From Octopus sinensis (lineage: Eukaryota), in contig NC_043008.1 in NCBI RefSeq assembly GCF_006345805.1, positions 60,512,001-60,576,000 of the forward strand: a stretch of DNA of 64,000 nt. Direction: 5' to 3'. Both the position numbers and the translations under genes were made by a program. The notes under the pieces are model-generated. The model was not told the DNA's origin. It made no database searches and saw nothing but the letters and a program-made list of their open reading frames with translations. Shown here piece after piece: positions 54,394 to 64,000 of this stretch. Positions within the stretch are counted from its first letter, which is position 1; every line of letters begins with the position of its first letter.

Positions 54394-54460
54394 GTGTGTG
54401 TGTGTGTGTGTTTGTATGTCTGTGTTTGTCCCCCTAGCACTGAAACAAGTAAAAAAAAAA
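54173..54460 (+). mobile_element. SINE family B with internal deletion of most of the 3' half
   Basis: Jumps from GTCCCCCTAGCA directly to CTGAAACAAGTAAAA. Confidence 0.85.
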
Positions 54461-54836
54461 TACATACACACACACACACACATATACACACACCTACTCA
54501 TACACACTCACACATGTTGTGTCCATGGAATTTTTGAACTTCATGAACTGACTTCCTGAATCCCACAGTTTGAAAGAAAAGCAGGAAACTGAATAACCGT
54601 TACGTCAAGTTTTATCTTCAAAGGAACATAACTCTATATTTCATGCTGATTAGACTCCTCCCTCCTTGTTTTTTAAATTTCTTCAAGAAAATTATGCATC
54701 TATCGATGTACGCGCACACAATTATATACAATATGAAATGCACTCACATATTTATAATTAAACATACACACACATTGATATATACAAATGCAAATACATG
54801 AATTTGTATCTCGATTCAACTCAGTTGACAAATATT

Positions 54837-55408
54837 CTTTTCTACTCTAAGGCACAAGGCCCAAAGTTATTGAGAAGGGGCCAGTTGATTAGATCGACCC
54901 CGGTACGCAACTGGTACTTAATGTATCGATCCCGAAAGAACGAAAGGCCAAATCGACCTTGGCGGAATTTGAACTCAGAACGTAAAGACAGACGAAATAC
55001 CGCGAAGTATTTCGTCCAACGTGCTAATGTTTCTTATTTCTTTATTGCTCACAAGGGGCTAAATACAGAGGGGACAAACTAGGACAGATAAAGGGATTAA
55101 GTCGATTACATCGACTTCAGTGCGTAACCGGTACTTAATTTATCGACCCGGAAGGAATGAAAGGCAGAGTTGACATCGGCGGAATTTGAACTCAGAACCT
55201 GACGGCAGACGAAATACCTATTTCTTTACTACCCACAAGGGGCTAAACACAGAGAGGACAAACATGGACAGACGACGGGTTTAAATCGATTACATCGACA
55301 CCAGTGCGCAAATGCTACTCATTTAATCGACCCCGAAAGGATGAAAGGCAAATTCGACCTCGGCGGAATTTAAACTCAGAACGTAACGGCAGACGAAATA
55401 CCGCTTAT
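54837..55408 (-). mobile_element. SINE-C trimer (5'-truncated tail-1, tail-1, tail-2)
   Basis: Junctions at 55218/55219 and 55034/55035; 14-bp TSD AGTTGACAAATATT at 54823-54836 and 55409-55422. Confidence 0.9.
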
Positions 55409-55815
55409 AGTTGACAAATATTGTGGCAGAACTGTATAACGACGGCTATCCTTTTATCACTAGAAAAAAATATCCTTTTTCCAATTACTAAGAATTAATG
55501 CTTTTGAGATCATATCCATTTTTAGATTAGTCGGATTCTATTGCCAGAAAGCGTTGACTTATTTTCCCTCGATGCCAGGAGGATTTTATTGAATAAAGAA
55601 TTGATCGTTCATCTTCCTTAATATACATTTATTCTTTTTTCATCCAAACCATGTTATTTTAAGTTACATGTCGTAGCTTATTATCGTCATACATAGGTGC
55701 ACACGCGCACATATCATATATATACCTACAGATAGATGTTTATATATACATACGTATAAATACAAAAATATATGTATGTATAACCTAAGTAAGTTAAAGT
55801 GACATGCATATATAT

Positions 55816-56067
55816 GTGGAGGCGCGTGACTTAGTGGTTAGGGTGTCAGCACCATGATCGTAAGATTGTGGTTTCGATTCCTGGACCGGGCGACGCGTTG
55901 TGTTCTTGAGCAAAACACTTCATTTCACGTTGCTCCAGTCCACTCAGCTGGCAAAAATGAGTAACGCTGCGACGGACTGGCATCCCGTCCAGCGGGGAGC
56001 ACATACGCCATAGAAACCGGAAAACCGGGCCCATGAGCCTGGCTAGGCTTTAAAAGGGCGCAAAAAA
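55816..56067 (+). mobile_element. SINE family A, full length
   Basis: Colinear with the 27946 and 35709 copies; short poly-A end. Confidence 0.92.
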
Positions 56068-56464
56068 TGTATATATATATATATACATATGTATTCGGTA
56101 TTAGTTGATGATTCATTCCGCTTATACTATTCTTAGCTGCGATTATACGAATATTTTACTGGTGACAGTCATTTACTTAACTCTCAGTTCTGTATTTTCA
56201 TTTACGTAATATGATATCACGATTTTAAATTCGAGCACTTCTCTTCTCTATGTTATACTCATCCATAGGTTTACCTTGCTTTATCGTACCTTGTTTTGCG
56301 ACTATTTAATGCATTTATTTGGCACACAATGTTGCGGATGAACACACTTAGAATATCGTGCCACGCACACACACGTCTGTGTGCGTAGGCGTGTATATAC
56401 ATATATACATACACATATGTAAGTACATACATATATATACACATATATATACTCATACACACAA

Positions 56465-56533
<69 letters not shown>

Positions 56534-57492
56534 CATACAGACACACACACATAAATATATTCATGCCTGTATATATAAATAGAAAACATAAATATAAACA
56601 AATATATATATATATATATCTATATATATATGTGTGTGTATGTATACATGTGTGTGTGTATTATATATATCTAAATACACATATATTTACACATGTATGT
56701 GTGTTAGTCTAACACATATATGTGTTAGTCTAGGATTGTTCATAAATCCCCATTGATGGCTCCCACCTCCGGCGAAAGCACTTGCTTACTAAAGACAACA
56801 CGCTTTGATGATAGAATCGCTGTGGCAATCCGGTAGGCAACTTGTAAAGGGAAAAGTGAATATACAACAGGCGCGCTCCAGGCATTCCCTAAGAAAATAC
56901 TTGTTAGGGGATCCGCCTACACACGTCAACAAAATATGCAAAACTACCAACAGCCTTTTCTACAATGAGGACTTGTATTTATGTGGTATATATTACAGAA
57001 TGTATTAAATACGCTGCTTCTTATATCGGGGGGTTTCATTCGCAAACTATATATGCGCATTTAATAACGTACTCCTTAAAGCTTTTCCTTCTCTCTTGTT
57101 ATCAATCATCTCGAGAGGTGATATAACCAGTATATTACAGAATATATTACTATTACCAATAAAAGAACAGAACGGGTTATTTGAATATTGCGTAATAAAG
57201 GCGCTATTCGTAATACGCAATTTAATTCTTCACTAAGAGAGGAAAAAAAGGGTACGGAGAAGATATATACGTCAATTTGTTAATGTAAGATGAAAGTGTT
57301 TTCATGCTTATACACATACATACATACACACACATACAGACATGCATACATTCACACATATATACATGCATACTGACATACATACATACATACATACATA
57401 CATACATACGTACGTACATACTTACATACATACATATTTACACGTATATATAAAAACATACAGATAAGAATATACACACATACTCACACATA

Positions 57493-57526
<34 letters not shown>

Positions 57527-57650
57527 AATGTTCCGTATATATTCATACATAAAGATACATATATCTATCTATCTATCTATCTGTGTGTCTGTCTGTGTGT
57601 CCGTCTGTGTGTGTCTGTCTATCTGTCTGTCTATATATCTATCTGTCTAT

Positions 57651-57688
<38 letters not shown>

Positions 57689-58489
57689 AGAGAGAAAGAG
57701 ATAGATAAATAGATAGATAATATTGATAGATAGATATAGATACGGACACACATGCGCGCGCGCACAACATTTCCGTCGACTCCAGACTAATATCCGTAAG
57801 CTTACTCTAGACGCATATCCTGCGAAATTTAATTTCTTACATTCAATGGACGTTGAAGGCCATCTTCATATTCGCCCATCGATGACAACGATGTCAACGA
57901 TAAACGAACTATATACTTCACCGCGGTTGTTGTAATACTTTATGATCCTAATAATATTATTGATTTATCTTATCAAAAGGAACTGAAGAGGAACCGATAT
58001 TCCTTTTATGGATTTTAATACCAAAGAATACCGATATTGTGAGTTTGGATTATTAATAACGAATCATTAATGCATTGCTTATTTTCTGAGACAAGATCTT
58101 CTATTAAGTTTATAACCTTATAGCAATCTGGATCTCCTTCATGTTTGAATTGTTTTTGTTATTTTCTTTTCAAAAGTAATATATCGGGCGAATGTGAACG
58201 GTGAATTGACTGAAGAAGCGGATTGAATATATTTCAAGGTTATGATCGAGAATACTTGTAAGATCGATAGTTTTGCGTTTTTGGTTTCATTCCCCTGCGA
58301 GGTTAATATTTTATTGATACCCATATTGTAGAAGAGATCAATTAAATTGACGATACCCTACTTTCTTCTGTGTAAGATTGCCTACACTTACAGTTTAACT
58401 GAATAACTGGGGCATACACTTAATCAAAGAAATCTATTTATCGACTATAAGATATCGCATGTGAGTACGTGTGTGAACCGAGGGTAAAT

Positions 58490-58870
58490 GTATATATTTA
58501 TCTAAACACACACGCACACACACATACATACATATATATATATATATGTATAAATGTGTTTACATACATACATGCCTATACATATATATATACACTCACA
58601 TACATATATATTTATATATGTCTATGCATAAATATGCATACATATGTATATGTGCGTGTGAGTGTGAGTGTGTGTGTATTTATGTGTATACATATACACA
58701 CATATATAAAACTAGGTGTGCAGGTATATATATGCGTGAGTGTGAGAGAGCGTCTGTGTGTGTGCGTACGTCTGTGTGTGTGTCTGTGTGTGTGTATGTA
58801 TGTGTGCGTGTCTGTGTGTGTGTGTATGTGCGTGTGTCTGTGTGTGTGTGTGTGTGAGTGTGTGTACGCG
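58490..58870. repeat. Compound (TA)/(CA)/(TG) low-complexity tract
   Basis: Direct reading. Confidence 0.9.
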
Positions 58871-59719
58871 AGCAATATACTTTTAATTAACGATATATAA
58901 TAGACTGGTTTTTGACTGCCGGCCATCAACATTAAAATTGGAGATATAAACATGACACAAGATGTATCAGAGAATATTGCAATTTTCTTCATTTCTTGTC
59001 AATGAACTGAACTTGTCTTTTCATGGTTTGCTTGAAACAATCTCTTCTATATGTGATCGATATTCCGAACATGTAGGTCACGTCTTATATATTTCTTTTT
59101 TGTTCTTTTGTAGTCTGATCCCAAAAGAGTATTCAAATAAAAATAAATGACAAATGTTGCTATATTGGTGGCAGAACATGTGTTTATTGTCTTTATAGCT
59201 TGTCAGGTTTCTTAATAAATGTATGCTTGTCCTGCAGGGATCGTGGTAGAAAACAAAACCAAATACACAAAGAAAGTATAAATAGGAAATAGATAATGGG
59301 AAAAGTGAAGAAGAATACATGTGAAGTGTAAATGTATTTGAAATGAGGAATGATATGGGAAGCTATAATACTCATACGTTTCCTGACTGGAATTCTCTAT
59401 CGTTGCTATGAGATGTAAGGGAAGGCAAATTTGCGTATGATCTCCATCTGGCTGGTTGAGCCTACCGACATGGTGATAATCAGCTTAGTATTCTTCGTAG
59501 CTTTTATTCTATGTAATGTTTGTTTTTTGATGGCGTAGTTGTCAAATTCATTAATTCCGGAGGGATGAGAGATAAAATGGCGCTCGGGAAGATTTGAACT
59601 TAGAAAGAAAGAAAGAAAAAAAAGATAGCGAGAAAAGGAACACCGCATAACGCTGTTTCCGGCTTTAATAGTTCTACCACATCACTGCCTTTCCCTTGCA
59701 TGCAATGTTATGAGGACAT

Positions 59720-59890
59720 GCAAGCCGGGCGAAAAATGCTTAACGGCATTTCGTCCGTCTTCATTTTCTAAGTTCAAATTCCACCTAGATCGACTTTGAA
59801 TTTCATCCTTTCAGAGTCGATAAAACAAGTACCAGATTTAGCCTACTGAAATTCGCCAGCCTTGTACTAAAATTTAAAGAGAATATTATG
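59720..59890 (+). mobile_element. SINE family C, diverged and deleted, tail-2
   Basis: GCCGGGCGAAAAATGCTTAACGGCATTTCGTC..AGTTCAAATTCC..TTTCATCCTTTCAGAGTCGATAAAACAAGTACCAG..GCCTTGTACTAAAATTT. Confidence 0.75.
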
Positions 59891-61485
59891 GGGAAATACA
59901 CTTTGAGCATCTTGATGCAAGATGATAGCGTATTTTTTAATTCGTTTCAATCTGCGTTGAATCTACAGGGTCATGACGTCAGAGATTACCCAGATTTTGA
60001 AGATAGTTTTAGGCTGAGAGTAGAAAACTCTCTTCCAGGATTGGAAGCTATTCCATCATAGGATTAATTTCGAAATGCCACTATTACACATTACCAGCTA
60101 AATGTACAGAAGCATCGTGAAATGAAGTTTCCCCGGTTCGAAAATCGATCGTATCATCCAACACCCGCAATCTGATAACTCTAAACCTTAATTCACCTGT
60201 CTTTACGGGATGCAATAGAGAATCAGAACTAATTAGGAAAATTAAGAAAACATAATTAAAAAATTAAGAAAATATAATGATTGTGTTTAAATTGGTAAAA
60301 TGCCAGCATTTGAGTGAGCAGTAAAAGCTTCGAAAACCACACCGGGAGAAACACATCGGGTTACGAGCAAATACTTTGTGTCCATGTAAGGTGCAGCGGG
60401 TAATTTAACTGAACAAAGTTTGTTACCCTGCAGGTGACAGGCTGCAATTTTATATCGTTTCTGCGATGTGTAAATGAAGCAGCGAAATGGGTAAATGGAA
60501 ACCATCTGGTGTGGGTTCACCCCTTTCTTAGGACTAGGTCATAATCCTACAGTGCCCTCGTGTGTGTAATATTAATAAAAGTTTCAAGTAGTTTAATCCA
60601 GTCTCAGTCGACAGAAATATCTAACTGTCAAGAGCCGGTATTGATTGAGTTAACTCTAAATGAGTATGTGACCATGTGCGTATGTTGAATATTAATAACA
60701 CTATGAAATAATAAAGTGGGAAATTAGCAGTTGCTATTGTATATTTTTAGACTGACTGCTGCAGCTGTATATTTATCATAACCATTTTATTACATTGGTT
60801 GATGTAATTTAATCGGCACAGAGAATGCATTTTACTATTTCCTATGCCACATGCTATTTTCTCAGAAATAACTTGCACATGGATAAATAGACTATTTGCC
60901 AAATCGACAGCTGTAAGGTTAGCCATTTTCAGTTTTGCATTCCATCCATGGCCAAAATACACTAGTCTCTCATGCCACATATGGACAAAGGTAATATAAT
61001 TGCAAATCTCCAATTCAACATCACCCATGGTCGCTGCAACCTCCGCCTGCTGCATAAGTATTATATAAGTAACGAGAGACTTGCTTCTTTTTACTAATTT
61101 GTCATTGCCCGAAGAGAAAACGTTTCTCTACACGCTGAGTTCCACTTTAGAATATTTTATAAATTGAAAAATTCCAAGAATTGCTACAACAAGCTTAGGA
61201 AATTGTAGACTTATTCATAATGTCTCCATTTGTGCAAATGACACAATCACATTTTTTCCATAACAGTATTACTTTTTTTCACTTGCACAGAAAATGAATG
61301 GCTCCAGCATATTCGTTTACGTCCGTCTTCAGGGAAAATGAAGTTACCGCTCTCTTCTAGAATCATCCAATGGATTAATTATCGTTAATGCAGGTTATAT
61401 TCATTAGGTTGATGGGATGTTAAAATAAGCAAAAATGCTAGTTCTAAAGTCTCTCTAAGAGATCAACTTCGTACTTGCACTGACA

Positions 61486-61697
61486 AGTAATATTCGTAGC
61501 AACTTCAACAAGGTTGTCCGTTCGAACGGACTCTACTGAGATTTGTTAACCTCAAGAGGACATCTCTAGCTGGTTAACGATGCACGGTTCATCTCTGCAT
61601 AGTTAACAAGCTGGAGGAGATTTCCTCTTGAGGTAAAAAAATTGCAGTAGAATCCGTTCGAACGGACAGCCAAGTTGAAGTGGTTACGAATATTACT
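61486..61697. other. ~212-bp imperfect palindrome (MITE-like foldback)
   Basis: AGTAATATTCGTA..CTTCAAC..TGTCCGTTCGAACGGA.TCTACTG..ACCTCAAGAGGA..GCT.GTTAAC is mirrored in the right half; ~23-nt centre. Confidence 0.85.
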
Positions 61698-62397
61698 AGT
61701 TAAAATAATAAAATTCTTGAAATTCGTAATATGCTGTATTTCATTAAGGTACCCCTCGTAGCGTGTGTGCGTAAATGTCGTCGGCGTTGACTATGACGTA
61801 TATTATCCAGAGATCGATGAAATATTTACGTACTATCTATGCATTGCCGTACTATGCAATAGATATTTGACAGACCCAATCTAACAGAACAACAGGAACT
61901 TAAGGTATTGTAGAAAATGTATGATATAGTCAATTTTGTTTAAATAATGATTGTTAAATTCTGTTGTGTGGACTCCCCCAGAAGATGAAGTAGGCTAGCC
62001 CAATACGTAGATATAGAGGGAGAAGTCTAGACGTCAAGGTGGACAGACTAGAGTAGAGTAGTCGAGCAGAGGAGTAGAGTTGAGTAGTAGAGACATACGA
62101 ACGTGCGACATAACAGTGGCGACGAGGTTTTCGTCGGTTACACAGCCACTGTGTAGTATTGCGACATAACAAATTCACATAGTTACTTCTCTATAGAAAC
62201 AAAAAGATACAGAGGCTCACTGAGTAACTTCCTCTAGTTAGACAAGACATTCAGTTTCAAGAGAAAAAGAAGTTGTAATCTAAAGAGACACTCCACAGGC
62301 TTATATTGCACCTTAAAATTCATTTCTCTTACAACACCCTAAAATTAGTTTCCTCTAATGTTGATTTCACGCAAGGCGAGGGTCACTATATGCAATA

Positions 62398-62705
62398 GTG
62401 GAGGCACATGACCTAGAGGTTAGAGCAGCGGACTCATGGTCGAGGGATCACGGGTTCAAATCTCAGACCGGGCGATGTATGTGTTTATGAGCGAAACACC
62501 TAAGCTCCACGCAGCTCCGGCAGAAGGTAATGGCGAACTTCTGCTGACTCTTTCGCCACAACTTTCTCTCACTCTTTCCTCCTGCATCTTGCAGCTCACC
62601 TGCGACGGACCGGCATCCCGTCCAAGTGGGGAACTTATACGCCAAAAAACCGGGAAACCGGCCCTTATGAGCCAGGCGTGGCTCAAGAAGGAACAAACAA
62701 AAAAA
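62398..62705 (+). mobile_element. SINE family A' (A-related head and 3' region, different middle), full length
   Basis: 14-bp TSD CACTATATGCAATA at 62384-62397 and 62706-62719; 3' part TGCGACGGACCGGCATCCCGTCCA..AAACCGGGAAACCGGCCC..ATGAGCC shared with family A. Confidence 0.9.
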
Positions 62706-63576
62706 CACTATATGCAATAAATCACTGTACAAATAATACTTTTTTCATATTTTAGAATATGGCAGGAGTAAATTTATAGTCACCTTGCCTCTATCAAAAT
62801 CTGTCATGAAGTAGAATCGTCTTAATAATCACATTGCAGCGTAAGGAAATATTTTCTTAATGGAAATTACATAATTTATATTAAAATAATGAGAGCTATA
62901 ACCACCTATTGACGTATCTAGTGAGGTATATCAGGTAGCAGAACTCACTAGCAAGTCGATAAAACCTATATATTCTTCGTCAGTCTGTCTCGATATTACG
63001 ATCACATATTCTACAGCCTGTCCACTATGTTAGCAGTGGGCACACGGCTAACATATTGTAGTTGTCGTTTTTACAATCAACAATACATTTAACTAGAAGA
63101 ATGAAGCTAATAAATATATTGATGTTTTGCTTCTCACTAAATACACAATTCGAAAGTAATAATAAAACTCCAGGTAGAACCAGACGAAATATAACCACAA
63201 ATATGTGGTTAGTTTGTTATCCGTCTTCTACATTTTTCTCTCTTGTCTCGTTAACAAAATATCTTGCTGCTATAGGTCACCAACGCAGTAGATTTGACCG
63301 CACAGGTTATAAAGAAGAACTGATCATACATATTCATGAAGGATCTTAGAACGAGCAGTTAAGTGTTATGGAGTGTGGTGGTGGTGGGGGGGATGACGAC
63401 AAAAGATTGGCACATTTCAACAGAAGTACCAAAGCAATTAAGTAGTCAAGACAAACGGTATTTTTGTTTTTATAATCCAGCACAGATTTCTATTCACGTA
63501 ACCTCGAACGTAAATACATAGACGTTCACACACAGACATATACAAACATAACAGCCCTCGCATACATTTATTGGGA

Positions 63577-63631
<55 letters not shown>

Positions 63632-63714
63632 ATCCGTTGCATATACGATGACAGAAACACTGTAATGCTAGAATATCTTGCATATGAATTCCTGAAAGAT
63701 ATTTGTTAAGTCAT

Positions 63715-63747
63715 GAGTATATACACATATTCACACAAATTATATAT

Positions 63748-63832
<85 letters not shown>

Positions 63833-63860
63833 TGTGTGTGTCAGTGTGCATGTGTATTTG
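63715..63860. repeat. Compound (TA)n(TG)n microsatellite
   Basis: Direct reading. Confidence 0.95.
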
Positions 63861-64000
63861 TGTCTCTGTGTTTAAGTGTGTTTATTCATACATAATATTA
63901 TAGAATAACGCCTACAAGCCACAGATGTTCATATGCAGAGGTGCTTAATCTGTCATATATCGGGTCAACACACACTATTAGAAAAACCTGGTAATTAGAT

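Noticed and set aside
60747-61055. 102-aa non-repetitive minus-strand ORF
   Set aside because: No recognisable motif or splice context; compatible with a chance ORF. A BLAST search would be needed to revive it.

Overview
AT-rich, repeat-dense eukaryotic DNA. The SINE repertoire and the density of (TA)n/(CA)n/(TAA)n/(TAGA)n tracts suggest an octopus (coleoid cephalopod) intergenic or large-intron region; this assignment is inference, not database-checked. No protein-coding gene can be supported: nearly all ORFs in the track are translations of microsatellites or SINEs. The window holds at least five tRNA-derived SINE families (my labels: A, A', B, C with two alternative 3' tails, and a very short tRNA-like one), many with clear 12-18 bp target-site duplications (TSDs). 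It also holds four copies of a ~150-220 bp element with a Penelope-type minimal hammerhead ribozyme motif, a few highly decayed LINE remnants, two long hairpins and one 59-bp inverted-repeat pair. The most unusual structure is the set of SINE-C concatemers: six junctions in four arrays use only two re-entry points, and every array ends in the alternative tail. A separate insertion fuses an A'-type head to a SINE-C body inside one 18-bp TSD. Element boundaries without TSDs are approximate.
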